Below, piece after piece: positions 28,390 to 38,429 of a stretch of DNA of 64,000 bases. Position 1 is the stretch's first letter. Each line of letters begins with the position of its first letter. The position numbers and the translations under genes were made by a program. The stretch spans positions 320,682-384,681 of the forward strand of contig JAJECS010000024.1 in assembly GCA_022821905.1 (NCBI GenBank), read 5' to 3'. The stretch is from Chloroflexota bacterium. Its GTDB lineage: Bacteria > Chloroflexota > UBA11872. The notes under the pieces were generated by a model. It did not search any database, was not told where the DNA came from, and saw nothing but the letters and a program-made list of their open reading frames with translations.

Positions 28390-28560
28390 ACTGCGTCGGA
28401 ATGACACTTTCGGGACATCACCGCGGTCATTCCGAGCCGCTCCTACCTGTCACTCCACGCCGCCCCCGCCTGTCATTCCGAGCCGCAGGCGAGGAATCTA
28501 AGGGGCACAGGAGAATGCACAGCGTCCTTAGATTCCTCACTTCGTTCGGAATGACCTTTC
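28390..28560. repeat. cluster of hairpin repeats (gtcattccgagccgc...gaggaatctaagg...ccttagattcctc...ggaatgac)
   Basis: Nested inverted repeats are visible directly. The same unit recurs at 54693-54770. Confidence 0.6.
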
Positions 28561-28596
28561 TGGTGCTCTCAGCGACGACTGGTCGTCGATTGCCTC

Positions 28597-29112
28597 ATGA
28601 CTAACGACGAAGTGCGTCCCATCCGACAGCGCGTGGAGCAGGCCATCGAGCAGGCCGCCGCCGAGGGCGTGTTCGACAACCTCGCGGGAACCGGCCGCCC
28701 GCTCAAGTCGGATGCAGGGCTCGTTCCAAACGAGCTGCGGGTCCCGTTCAAAGTGCTGGAAAACGCCGGTATGGCTCCTGCCTGGGTAGAGCTGGCCGCC
28801 GAAATCGAGCGGCGAATCGACGAGTTTCGAGCGGCTCGGCGTGACCACGAGCGGCGGATGCGCCGGGCGCGCGAGCACGCGCTGGCGGGGACGGCCGGCG
28901 ATTTCGCCGCGCGGTTTCGAGCCGCGGGGAACGCCCACGCGGAGCTGCGGGAAATCCTGGCTAAGGACGCGAGAGGCATCGTGCGACTGATCGATCGGTT
29001 CAACACGATGGCGCCGGCGAGCGCGCCGCGATTCGGCTTTCTGGCGCGCGCCGAGCTCGAAGCCGTGGACGCCATATGGCCATGGCCGGCGCCGGGTAGC
29101 GATCCGACGTGA
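28597..29112 (+). CDS. DUF1992 (DnaJ-C28-like) domain protein
   Basis: The motif GVFDNLAGTGRPL matches the FDNLPGxGKPL signature. Confidence 0.5.
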   Translation: MTNDEVRPIRQRVEQAIEQAAAEGVFDNLAGTGRPLKSDAGLVPNELRVPFKVLENAGMAPAWVELAAEIERRIDEFRAARRDHERRMRRAREHALAGTAGDFAARFRAAGNAHAELREILAKDARGIVRLIDRFNTMAPASAPRFGFLARAELEAVDAIWPWPAPGSDPT

Positions 29113-30245
29113 AGCGGCAAACCCGGGCCGTGCTCGGTCGAATCATCGCCGCGCTCCTCGTTCCGCTGCTCGGCGCAATCGTGCTTTGGCGCAAGACATT
29201 AGGAGTTGGAAGCGACCGCGGCGAGCCTAGGTCTGTGCTGCTGGTTCGCCTCGACCTGATGGGTGACGTGGTCAACGGGCTACAGGCCGCCCACGCGGCG
29301 CGCCGCAAGTGGCCCGGGGCCCACATCGCCTTCATGGCGCCGCCGCAGTGGCGGGCAATCGTGGAATGCTGCACGGCCGTGGACGAAACGATTGGCCTTG
29401 ACCCCGCGGTCGTCACGCATTGGCCCGCCTGCCTGGACCCGCGTCGCTGGTGGAATCTGCTGCGAGCGCTCATGAGCTTGCGCCGGCGGCGCTTCGACCT
29501 GGCCGTGAGCATCTACGGGCCGATTGCCGGGACGGTGGTGGCGCTCAGTGGCGGCCGCGAGCGCCGCGGCTATCGCCGCGAGGCACCACCGTTCAGCTTC
29601 GACCGGGCCATCGTTGGTGAACGCCGCAATGGCGGGCCGCACGAGTCCGAGCTGGCCGCGCGCCTGATTGGTGACGACCTTCCCACCTGGCGCACCATCG
29701 ACCGCACTGACGACCTCCCCGTGCCGTCGGCGCTGGCCGGCATCGGCCGGCCGTTGGTGGTTGCGCATGCGGGCGCGGCGCACGGCGACGCCAAGCGCTG
29801 GCGCGAGGAACACTGGGAGCGCACGCTGGCGGAACTAGCGGCCGGTGGTGCGACGGTCGCGCTCATCGGTCTGGCCGGAGACCGCGCGCTGGCGCGGCGG
29901 CTGCAGGGCTCGGTCCATTGTCTGATCGACCTCACCGGCGAAACATCGCTCGAATCGCTTATGGGCACGCTCCAGGCGGCGGAGCTCGTGATCTCCACGG
30001 ACAGCGGTCCGGCGCACCTGGCGCGGGCGCTCGGTACCCGGGTCGTTGCGCTGCACGGGCCCACGGACACGGCGCTGCACGGTCCGGGCGATCCCTCGTG
30101 CACTGCACTGCGAGTCGACATGCCGTGCGGGCCTTGCTACGACTTCCGCCGCGCGGCGACCTGCCAGTTCGACGACACGCTCTGCATGGAATGGCTCCAC
30201 CCCGACCGCGTCGTCGACGCTGCGCGCTCGATGCTCGCCACGTGA
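29109..30245 (+). CDS. glycosyltransferase family 9 (ADP-heptose:LPS heptosyltransferase-like)
   Basis: The GTG start overlaps the upstream stop (GTGA). The protein contains LLVRLDLMGDVVN...ISTDSGPAHLARALG. Confidence 0.6.
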   Translation: MKRQTRAVLGRIIAALLVPLLGAIVLWRKTLGVGSDRGEPRSVLLVRLDLMGDVVNGLQAAHAARRKWPGAHIAFMAPPQWRAIVECCTAVDETIGLDPAVVTHWPACLDPRRWWNLLRALMSLRRRRFDLAVSIYGPIAGTVVALSGGRERRGYRREAPPFSFDRAIVGERRNGGPHESELAARLIGDDLPTWRTIDRTDDLPVPSALAGIGRPLVVAHAGAAHGDAKRWREEHWERTLAELAAGGATVALIGLAGDRALARRLQGSVHCLIDLTGETSLESLMGTLQAAELVISTDSGPAHLARALGTRVVALHGPTDTALHGPGDPSCTALRVDMPCGPCYDFRRAATCQFDDTLCMEWLHPDRVVDAARSMLAT

Positions 30246-31030
30246 GCAGCGCACTCGCCACCGAGATCGAGGCACTTCGAGCAGTCGAGTTTCGCATGCT
30301 CGGCACGCGCATTCACGGCGTCGACCTGGGACAGGCCGCCGCGTGGATCGACGCCTGGGCGCAGGCCGGCACGCGCGCGCACGTCGCCACCGTCAACCCC
30401 GAGTTCGTGATGCGCGCGCGCCAAGACGCCGAATTCAACGACCTGCTGGAGCGCACCCGCCTCAACGTGCCGGATGGGGTCGGCGTGGTGGTCGCCGGTC
30501 GCCTGGGCGGCGCGCGCGTTCCTGGCCGCGTGACCGGCGTGGCGCTGATGCACGAAGCGATGCGACTGGCCGCCGTCCGGGAGTGGCCCACGGCGCTTGT
30601 CGGCGGCGCGCCGGGAGTGGCCGAGGCCGCGGCGGAGCGCCTGATCCACGACGTGCCGGGACTGCGTCCGCCGCACACCTACGGCGGCGCGCGCGGACCC
30701 GAGGGAGACGACGCAGCGCGGGAGTTCTTACAAGCGGTGCGCCCGCGCATCCTCTGTGTCGGCTACGGCGCCCCGCACCAGGAGTTCTGGATCGATCGCA
30801 ACGTCAGCTCCGGCGCGGCGTGCGTGGCCATTGGCGTCGGCGGGACGCTGGACTACCTGAGCGGCCGCGTGCCGCGCGCGCCTGCCGCACTGCGATCGGC
30901 CGGCCTGGAGTGGGCGTACCGGCTGTGGCGGCAACCGTCACGCTGGCGCCGCATGCGGGTCTTGCCAGTCTTCGCCGTGCTCGCAGCGCGCGAAATTCTT
31001 GGCCTCGAGACCAAGGACGCCGCCGAATGA
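30242..31030 (+). CDS. WecB/TagA/CpsF family glycosyltransferase (GT26)
   Basis: The GTG start overlaps the upstream stop (GTGA). The protein contains GVDLGQAAAWI...LNVPDGVGVV...LCVGYGAPHQEFWI. Confidence 0.6.
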   Translation: MSSALATEIEALRAVEFRMLGTRIHGVDLGQAAAWIDAWAQAGTRAHVATVNPEFVMRARQDAEFNDLLERTRLNVPDGVGVVVAGRLGGARVPGRVTGVALMHEAMRLAAVREWPTALVGGAPGVAEAAAERLIHDVPGLRPPHTYGGARGPEGDDAAREFLQAVRPRILCVGYGAPHQEFWIDRNVSSGAACVAIGVGGTLDYLSGRVPRAPAALRSAGLEWAYRLWRQPSRWRRMRVLPVFAVLAAREILGLETKDAAE

Positions 31031-31941
31031 GCCGCGTGGTCGTGGTCGGCAGCCTCAACCTGGACATCGTCATGCGCTTGCCGCGCATCCCGCGTCCAGG
31101 CGAGACCGTGCACGGCGGGCGCATCGGCCGCTATCCCGGCGGCAAAGGCGCGAATCAGGCCGTCGCGGCCGCGCGCGCCGGGGCGGCGGTGGCCATGGTT
31201 GGCGCCGTGGGTCGGGACGATGCCGGCGACGCGTTGCTCAGGTCACTCGCCGCGGCAGGCGTGGATCGGGCCGATGTGCGCCGGAACACCGACTCCGCCA
31301 CCGGCACCGCGATGATCGTCGTCGACAACTCGGGCGCCAATGCCATCGCCTTGGCGGAGGGGGCCAACCTGGCCGTGCGGCCGGAGGACGCGGCCCGCGC
31401 GGTGTCCGCACACGATCCCGCGGTCGTCGCGGTCCAGCGCGAAGTGCCGGAATCGGCCGTTCGTGCCGCCCTGAGTCATGCGCCCGAGGGGGCCATCCGC
31501 CTGATGAATGCCGCGCCTCTCGAGCCGGACGCCGACCTGCCGCTCGACGTGATCGACCTGCTCGTCGTGAACGAGATCGAGGCGTCGGACCTGTTGGGAT
31601 CGCCGGTCACGAGCGACGACGCGCCCGTCGCCGCGCGACGCCTGGCCGCAGGCGTGCAGCGGGGATGCGTGGTCACGCTGGGCGGCGACGGCCTGGCGGC
31701 GTGCGTGGACGGTCATGTCCTCCGCCTAAACGCCCACCCCGTCAACGTCGTCGATACGACGGGGGCCGGAGATGCGTTTTGCGGTGCCATGGCTGCGGCG
31801 CTGTCGCTGGGCGAGCCGATGCCGACCGCGCTCGCCTGGGGCAACGCCGCCGGGGCGTTGGCGGCGAGCCGGCCCGGCGCGCAGCCGTCGATGCCCACCC
31901 GCGCGGAGATTACCGCGCAGCTCGCCACGGCCCTCGTCTAG
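31027..31941 (+). CDS. rbsK: ribokinase / PfkB family sugar kinase
   Basis: The ATG overlaps the upstream stop (ATGA). The protein contains VVGSLNLD...GGKGANQAVAAAR...DTTGAGDAF. Confidence 0.7.
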   Translation: MSRVVVVGSLNLDIVMRLPRIPRPGETVHGGRIGRYPGGKGANQAVAAARAGAAVAMVGAVGRDDAGDALLRSLAAAGVDRADVRRNTDSATGTAMIVVDNSGANAIALAEGANLAVRPEDAARAVSAHDPAVVAVQREVPESAVRAALSHAPEGAIRLMNAAPLEPDADLPLDVIDLLVVNEIEASDLLGSPVTSDDAPVAARRLAAGVQRGCVVTLGGDGLAACVDGHVLRLNAHPVNVVDTTGAGDAFCGAMAAALSLGEPMPTALAWGNAAGALAASRPGAQPSMPTRAEITAQLATALV

Positions 31942-31960
31942 CCCGAAGACAGCGTCCTCG

Positions 31961-33118
31961 TCAGGCTCCCGCCGCCGATGGCGACGGCTCGACCTGCTCT
32001 CGGCGCGGCATCCAGGGCAGCACCGCCAGCACCACCAATTGCGCCAGCGCCATGCCGGCGAACGCCACGTTCAATCCCGCGGCGTCGCCGATGATGCCGG
32101 TGACGTAGTTGCCAACGGCGCCGGCGCCGAAGGACAAGCCGAGCACGACGCCGCTGGCCGCCCCCATGTGACCCGGCAGCAACCGCTGCACCATCACGAC
32201 GGTGGGCGTGAAACCGGCGCCAAGGAACGCCCCCATCACCGCGCCAAGCGGAATGTGCCACGGGCCGAACGGCAGCAGGCCAAAGGCCAGCATCGCCGGA
32301 ATCATCACCAGCGATGACACGGCGAGAATCCGGCGCACGCCGAAGCGGTCGGTGGAGACGCCGCCGGCGAAGGCGCCCACCGCGTGGCCGATCAGATAAG
32401 CCGAAAGCACGATGCCCGCGCGCACGGGGTCCGGCCGGTCGGGCGACACGAACACGGGCACGAAGGTCACCAGCGCGGCGTAGGCCCAGCCGCGCACCAC
32501 GGCCACCAGCAAAAGTCCGACGAGCGCCGCCGAAATCCCGCCGAACGCGGTCCGCCCCACGGCGACGCCGACGCTCGGCCGTTGCGGGGCCTGGAAGTTC
32601 CGCAGCGACCACGCCATGAACGCCGACACCACGAGCACCGGCGCCAGCACCACCGGCATCCAGTCGGTGCCGCCGGCCTCGAGCACCCCACCAAGGATCA
32701 GCGGCGCGACGGCGAACGCGGCGTGACCGCCCAAGAAGAACAGCGCGACGTTCGTGCCGGTGTTGCGGCCCTGGGCCTCGTTGGCAATGGCCGCGCCCTG
32801 CGGGTGAAACGCCGCGACGCCAACGGCAGCCACCACCAGGTACACCACCAGCAACGGATAGCTGGGCGCGAACGCGGCCACGGCCACCCACACCGCGATC
32901 CAGGCCGGGCTGAGCGAGGCGAGCCAGCGCCTTCCCGCGCGGTCGCCGATGTAGCCAAAGAGCGGCTGGATTACCGAGGTCGTCAGGGCCCAGGCAAGCG
33001 CCGCCAGACCGATCATGCCGTAGGACATATCCAGCCGCACGGCCAGGATGGGATAGAGCATGCTCGGCCCCAGGGCGGAGAAGTCCGACGCGAAATGGCC
33101 CACGGCAACGGTGAACAC
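31961..33118 (-). CDS. MFS transporter
   Basis: 385 aa, about 12 TM segments, MFS-like loop GYIGDRAGRR. An alternative long ORF in another frame (31938-33272) has biased, non-protein-like composition. Confidence 0.55.
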   Translation of the reverse strand: MFTVAVGHFASDFSALGPSMLYPILAVRLDMSYGMIGLAALAWALTTSVIQPLFGYIGDRAGRRWLASLSPAWIAVWVAVAAFAPSYPLLVVYLVVAAVGVAAFHPQGAAIANEAQGRNTGTNVALFFLGGHAAFAVAPLILGGVLEAGGTDWMPVVLAPVLVVSAFMAWSLRNFQAPQRPSVGVAVGRTAFGGISAALVGLLLVAVVRGWAYAALVTFVPVFVSPDRPDPVRAGIVLSAYLIGHAVGAFAGGVSTDRFGVRRILAVSSLVMIPAMLAFGLLPFGPWHIPLGAVMGAFLGAGFTPTVVMVQRLLPGHMGAASGVVLGLSFGAGAVGNYVTGIIGDAAGLNVAFAGMALAQLVVLAVLPWMPRREQVEPSPSAAGA

Positions 33119-33264
33119 GGCCTGCCGGCCGGTAAAGATTCGCGAGGCGATTCGACCCTTGGGGCGTCGGCGCTACAGCCGGGACGGCCCCGTGACGGTG
33201 GTACATTCGCAGGCCAAGCGTACGCACCGTCGGCGCACCCTGCATGCCACCTCCCGCCGCCGTC

Positions 33265-35916
33265 ATGTCCAAGTGGGTCTATCCCTTCCGCGAGGGCGGC
33301 GAGTCCATGCGCAACCTGCTGGGCGGCAAGGGCGCCGGATCGGCCGAGATGACCAAAGCCGGCATGCCCGTGCCGCCCGGATTCACCATCACCACGGCCG
33401 CGTGCCTGGAGTACTACGCGAACGACAAGGATTTCCCGGCCGGTCTCGACGCCCAGGTGGACGTGGCGCTGGCCGAGGTCGAGTCAGCCGTCGGCCGGAA
33501 GTTCGGCGACTCGCAAGACCCGCTGCTGGTCTCGGTTCGGTCGGGTGCGCGCGTGTCAATGCCCGGCATGATGGACACGGTGCTCAACCTGGGCCTGAAC
33601 GCGGACACGCTGGAGGGCCTGATCGCCGCCACCGGCGACGCGCGCTTCGGCTGGGACGCCTACCGCCGCTTCATCCAGGGGTTCGGATCGATCGTGTTGG
33701 GCGTGGAGAGTCACGCATTCGAAGACTGCATCGACGCCCACAAATCCCGCCTGGGCGTGGCTCAGGACACGGAACTCAGCGCCTCGGATTGGCAAGCGGT
33801 GGCGGACGACTTTCGCCGGATCATCCGCGACGCCACCAATACCGACTTCCCCGACGACCCCCGCCAACAGCTCGATCACGCCATCCGCGCGGTGTTCGAC
33901 TCATGGTTCGGTCGCCGCGCCGTGGACTATCGCCGGGTCCACGGGCTGCCCGATGACTGGGGCACGGCGGTCAACGTCCAGACCATGGTGTTCGGCAACA
34001 TGGGCGAGACGTCGGGCACGGGCGTGGCCTTCACCCGCAACCCCAACACCGGCGACCGGGAGCTCTTCGGCGAGTATCTGCTCAACGCCCAGGGCGAGGA
34101 CGTGGTGGCCGGCGTGCGCACGCCGACGCCGATCGCCACGCTCGAAACCTCGATGCCGGAGGTTTTCGGCCAGTTCGAGGACTACGCCACCCGGCTGGAG
34201 CAGCACTACCGCGAGATGCAGGACCTCGAGTTCACCATCGAGTCCGGCAAGCTCTACATGCTGCAAACGCGCGCCGGCAAGCGCAGCCCGGCGGCGGCAG
34301 TCAAGATCGCCGTCGACCTGGTGCGCGAGGGCGTCATCGACAAGACCACCGCCGTACAGCGCGTGGAGCCGGAGCAGGTCGGGGCGGTGCTGCACCCGCG
34401 CGTGGACCCGGAGCACTGGGACCATCCCATCGCCACCGGGCTCAACGCGTCGCCGGGCGCGGCGCACGGCCACGTGGTGTTCACCGCCGACGAGGCTGCG
34501 GCGCTGGCGGGCGCCGACCACCCGGTGATCCTGGTGCGGCCCGAGACCTCACCCGACGACTTCCACGGCATGGCCGTCTCGGCGGCCATTCTCACGGCGC
34601 GCGGCGGTGCGACCAGCCACGCGGCCATCGTGGCGCGCCAGCTCGGCATACCGGCCGTCGTGGGCTGCGACGCCCTGCGCCTCGATCTCAACGCGAAGCA
34701 GTTCACGGCCCACGGCGTCACGGTGAACGCCGGCGACGTGATCACCGTCGACGGCACGGACGGCGAGGTGCTGACGGGCGCCCCGCCGCTCATCCCCGGC
34801 TCGATGACCCCCGAGCTGAAGGTCCTGCTGAGCTGGGCCGACAACATCCGGCGGCTGAGCACCTGGGGCAACGCCGACACGCCGGAAGAAGCGGCGCTGG
34901 CCCGCGAGCACGGCGCCGAGGGCATCGGGCTCTGCCGCACCGAGCACATGTTCCGCGAAGGCGACCGCTTGCCCATCGTGCAGGAGATGATCCTGGCCGA
35001 GACCGTCGAGGAGCGGCAGAAGGCCCTCGACCGGCTGCTGCCGATTCAGCGCGAGGACTTCGTCGGCATCCTGCGCGCCATGGACCGCTTCCCGGTCGTG
35101 ATCCGGCTGCTCGACCCGCCGCTGCACGAGTTTCTGCCGGACCACGAGCCGCTCGCCGCCGAGTTGGCGTCGCTCATCGCCAATGACGCCGACCCAGAGC
35201 GCCGGGCGCACCTCGAGCGCATGCTGCGCCGCGTCGAGGAGATCCAGGAAGTCAACCCCATGCTCGGCTTGCGGGGCTGTCGCCTGGGCATCCAGCAGCC
35301 CGAGGTCTACGAGATGCAGGTGCGCGCGATCATCGAGGCGGCGCTGGAGCTGAGCGCCGCCGGCCTCCAGCCGCGGCCCAAGATCATGATTCCGCTGATC
35401 AGCCACGTGAACGAGCTGCGAAAGGTCGAGGGGCGGCTTCACGCGGTCGCGGACGACGTGGTGCACGACAGGGGCGCCAAGGTGTCCTACGAGTTCGGCA
35501 CCATGATCGAGGTCCCCCGCGCCTGCCTGACCGCCGGGGCGCTCGCCGAGGTCGCGGACTTCTTCAGCTTCGGCACCAACGACCTCACCCAGACCACCTA
35601 CGGCATCTCGCGCGACGACGCCGAGGGCAAGTTTCTCATTGATTATGTCGAGTCAGAGATCCTGCCCGCGAATCCCTTCCAGGTCATGGACCCGGACGGC
35701 GTCGGCGCGCTGCTGCGGCTGGCGGTGGAGCAGGGGCGGCAGGCCGACCCCGACATCGAAATGGGCATCTGCGGCGAGCACGGCGGCGACCCGGACTCGA
35801 TTCAGATCTGCGAGCAACTCGGCCTGGACTACGTCAGCGCCTCGCCCTTCCGCATCCCCGTCTCCCGCATGGCCGCCGCCCACGCCCGCCTGGCCGAAAT
35901 CGAACGGGATCGCTAG
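33265..35916 (+). CDS. ppdK: pyruvate, phosphate dikinase
   Basis: The N-terminus reads MSKWVYPFREGG...LLGGKGAGSAEMT. The phosphohistidine region is GGATSHAAIVARQLGIPAVVG. The C-terminus is the PEP-utilising TIM barrel. Confidence 0.85.
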   Translation: MSKWVYPFREGGESMRNLLGGKGAGSAEMTKAGMPVPPGFTITTAACLEYYANDKDFPAGLDAQVDVALAEVESAVGRKFGDSQDPLLVSVRSGARVSMPGMMDTVLNLGLNADTLEGLIAATGDARFGWDAYRRFIQGFGSIVLGVESHAFEDCIDAHKSRLGVAQDTELSASDWQAVADDFRRIIRDATNTDFPDDPRQQLDHAIRAVFDSWFGRRAVDYRRVHGLPDDWGTAVNVQTMVFGNMGETSGTGVAFTRNPNTGDRELFGEYLLNAQGEDVVAGVRTPTPIATLETSMPEVFGQFEDYATRLEQHYREMQDLEFTIESGKLYMLQTRAGKRSPAAAVKIAVDLVREGVIDKTTAVQRVEPEQVGAVLHPRVDPEHWDHPIATGLNASPGAAHGHVVFTADEAAALAGADHPVILVRPETSPDDFHGMAVSAAILTARGGATSHAAIVARQLGIPAVVGCDALRLDLNAKQFTAHGVTVNAGDVITVDGTDGEVLTGAPPLIPGSMTPELKVLLSWADNIRRLSTWGNADTPEEAALAREHGAEGIGLCRTEHMFREGDRLPIVQEMILAETVEERQKALDRLLPIQREDFVGILRAMDRFPVVIRLLDPPLHEFLPDHEPLAAELASLIANDADPERRAHLERMLRRVEEIQEVNPMLGLRGCRLGIQQPEVYEMQVRAIIEAALELSAAGLQPRPKIMIPLISHVNELRKVEGRLHAVADDVVHDRGAKVSYEFGTMIEVPRACLTAGALAEVADFFSFGTNDLTQTTYGISRDDAEGKFLIDYVESEILPANPFQVMDPDGVGALLRLAVEQGRQADPDIEMGICGEHGGDPDSIQICEQLGLDYVSASPFRIPVSRMAAAHARLAEIERDR

Positions 35917-36054
35917 CTTCAACGGCATCCGGGGTCTTGAGACACCATTGACGCGCAATCAAGTCCGGCTTGCGACGCCTGGAACGGGAGATCGCCGGAC
36001 CGCTGTTCGAGGTGACGGCTTGACCGCAATCATGAATCTGACCGCGCAGACACG

Positions 36055-36306
36055 ATGCGGCTGACATTTACCAGGCACGCCCTCCGCGTCATGACCGAGC
36101 GACTGATCCGTGAGGATTGGGTCGAGCGCGCGGTGGCCACGCCGACATTGCGGACGCCTGATCCAGACGATTCCGAGGTGGAGCGTTTCTTCCGACGCAT
36201 TCCGGAGCGCGGTGACCGAGTGCTCCGCGTGGCTGTCAACACTCGCGTTGTGCCGTGGCGAGTCGTGAGCGTATTCTTTGATCGCCGGATGCGAGGTGAA
36301 CTATGA
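36055..36306 (+). CDS. DUF4258 domain protein (toxin-like partner of DUF2283)
   Basis: 83 aa. It overlaps the next gene by 4 nt (ATGA). Confidence 0.45.
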   Translation: MRLTFTRHALRVMTERLIREDWVERAVATPTLRTPDPDDSEVERFFRRIPERGDRVLRVAVNTRVVPWRVVSVFFDRRMRGEL

Positions 36307-36503
36307 AGCTGCGCGTCGACCGCGAAGCCGACGCCCTCTACCTGCGTCTCGACGACGCGGAGATTGTCGAGTCCGAGGAAGTCTCGCCGGGCGTCGTGCT
36401 CGACTATAACGACGCCCACGAGGTCGTCGGAGTCGAAATGCTCCACCTCTCGAAGCGGTCCGCAGACCTGAATCTCTCCGGCCTCGAGTTCGAGACCGTT
36501 TAG
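36303..36503 (+). CDS. DUF2283 domain protein
   Basis: The motif DREADALYLRLDDAEIVESEEV matches the DUF2283 signature (D.LYI.L). Confidence 0.5.
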   Translation: MKLRVDREADALYLRLDDAEIVESEEVSPGVVLDYNDAHEVVGVEMLHLSKRSADLNLSGLEFETV

Positions 36504-36581
36504 CGAAACGCCGCCTCTGTAGGACGGCGGCGGCCACGGACTAGAATTGACCGCGTCCACACGCACGCCCTGGGAGGCCGC

Positions 36582-38405
36582 GTGGCTTCGCCTGTTGAGG
36601 ACATCAAATCCCGGCTGAACGCGGCTGAGGTCATTGGCCGCGACGTGCGCTTGCAGCGCTCGGGGCGGTACCTCAAGGGGCTGTGCCCGTTCCATCAAGA
36701 GAAGACGCCGTCGTTCTTCGTATTTGGGGATCGCGGCACATTTCGCTGCTTTGGCTGCGGCGAGGGCGGCGATCTCTTCACCTACGTCATGCGGCGCGAC
36801 GGCAGCAGCTTTCCGGATGCGCTGCGCCTGCTGGCCGGCGAGGCCGGCGTGGAGCTGCGGGCGCAGGACCGCGATCCCGAGGCCGACCGCCAGCGGCGGA
36901 GCACGCGGGCCGCGCTGGAAGAAGCGGCCAACCTCATGCACCGGTTGCTGCGCGAAGCGCGCGAGGCCGCCGCCGTCCGCGCCTATCTGGACGAACGTGG
37001 GGTATCGAAGGAGATGCTCGCCGCGTTCCGGCTGGGCTTTGCGCCGGCACGCGGATCGCCGGTCACGACGCACCTGCGTCAGCTGGGCACCGACGCGGAG
37101 GCGCTGAGCGCCACGGGCCTCGTCCGGGACGACGACGGACCGCCGCGCGACTACTTCTTCAACCGCTTGATCTTCCCCATCAGCGAGCGGCGGGGGGCGG
37201 TGATCGGATTTGGCGCACGGGCCCTGGGCGACGCGACGCCCAAGTACCTGAACTCACGCGAGAGCGACACCTTCCGCAAGGGCAACCATCTCTACGGCTT
37301 CAACCTGGCGGCGGACTCCATCCGGCGCGAGCGCGAGGCGGTGCTGGTGGAGGGCTATATGGACGCCATCGCCGCCCACCAGTTCGGCTTCGCCAACACC
37401 GTGGCGTCCATGGGCACGGCGCTGACACACGAACAGGGCCGGCTGCTCGCCGGATCGGGCGCGCAACGCATCGTCCTGGCGCTTGACGCCGACACGGCCG
37501 GCGCCGCCGCGACGCGCCGCGGCGTGGACGTGCTGCGCGACGCCGGTCGCGACGCGGCGGACGCGGAGGTGGACTTCCGCGGCTTGATTCGACACGAGGC
37601 ACGGCTGTCGATCGACATCGCCGTGGTCGAGCTGCCGGCCGGCGAGGACCCGGACTCCGTGATCCGCGCCGACTCGGCGCGCTGGCGCTCGCTGCTGGAA
37701 GCCGCGGTACCCCTGGCGGACTACTACTTTCGCTGGGCGCTCGAGGAGCACGACGTGTCGTCGATCGTCGGGCGGCGACGGGCGGTGGCCGACTTGACGC
37801 CGGTCATCACGGAAATCAACGAACCCGCCGTGCGCGCGCACTACTACGAGCGCCTCTCGCACGTATCGGGCGTGCCAGTTGAGGAGCTGCGCCGCGCAGC
37901 CCCGCGGCGTCAACGTCGGATTGGCGCGGCGCCCGCAGCCGCGAGTCAGCCGGTCGACCGGGTCGAGGAAGGGCTGCTGGAGCTCGTGCTCCAGGCCCCG
38001 CCCGAGGCAGCCGGCGCAGTTGCGGGACTGAAGGCATCGAACGTATCCGATCCGTCGCTGCGCTATGTGATCGAGGCCCTGGCGCGAAACGCCGGCGATC
38101 CCTCAAGCAACTCCTGGGAAATGGTTCTCGAAGGGCTGGATGATCAATCGCGCGAGCAGGTGGAGGCCGTGCACGCCCGCGTGGCCGGTCTGCCCGCGCT
38201 GGAGGGGGACGCGTTCCGCAGCGCGCTGGAGGTGACGCTGCTGCGGCTGCGTGAGCGGCGCATCCTGGAAGAGCTGCGCGAGGTCGGCGCCATGGACGAT
38301 GGCGCCGCCGCGGCCGCGCGCTCGCGTGAGCTGGGCGCGCAGAAGCGCAGCGTCGAAATGGCCATGCGCGAGCTTTCCGTGCTCACCCACGGACCGACGG
38401 CCTAG
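36582..38405 (+). CDS. dnaG: DNA primase
   Basis: A CHC2 zinc finger is present (CPFHQEKTPSFFV...GCGEGGDLFTYV). A TOPRIM region is present (VLVEGYMDAIA). Confidence 0.85.
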   Translation: MASPVEDIKSRLNAAEVIGRDVRLQRSGRYLKGLCPFHQEKTPSFFVFGDRGTFRCFGCGEGGDLFTYVMRRDGSSFPDALRLLAGEAGVELRAQDRDPEADRQRRSTRAALEEAANLMHRLLREAREAAAVRAYLDERGVSKEMLAAFRLGFAPARGSPVTTHLRQLGTDAEALSATGLVRDDDGPPRDYFFNRLIFPISERRGAVIGFGARALGDATPKYLNSRESDTFRKGNHLYGFNLAADSIRREREAVLVEGYMDAIAAHQFGFANTVASMGTALTHEQGRLLAGSGAQRIVLALDADTAGAAATRRGVDVLRDAGRDAADAEVDFRGLIRHEARLSIDIAVVELPAGEDPDSVIRADSARWRSLLEAAVPLADYYFRWALEEHDVSSIVGRRRAVADLTPVITEINEPAVRAHYYERLSHVSGVPVEELRRAAPRRQRRIGAAPAAASQPVDRVEEGLLELVLQAPPEAAGAVAGLKASNVSDPSLRYVIEALARNAGDPSSNSWEMVLEGLDDQSREQVEAVHARVAGLPALEGDAFRSALEVTLLRLRERRILEELREVGAMDDGAAAAARSRELGAQKRSVEMAMRELSVLTHGPTA

Positions 38406-38429
38406 CGCCGGCGGCGCGGGTCCCGGTCG

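Noticed and set aside
30046-31941. A 631-aa plus-strand ORF spanning the GT26 and ribokinase genes
   Set aside because: It is in a different frame from GT26. It only matches the ribokinase from 31027 onward, and its first two-thirds are Arg/Ala/Pro-rich noise.
31938-33272. A 444-aa minus ORF overlapping the MFS transporter gene
   Set aside because: It is an alternative frame with Gly/Arg-rich composition. The MFS frame (31961-33118) is hydrophobic and transporter-like.
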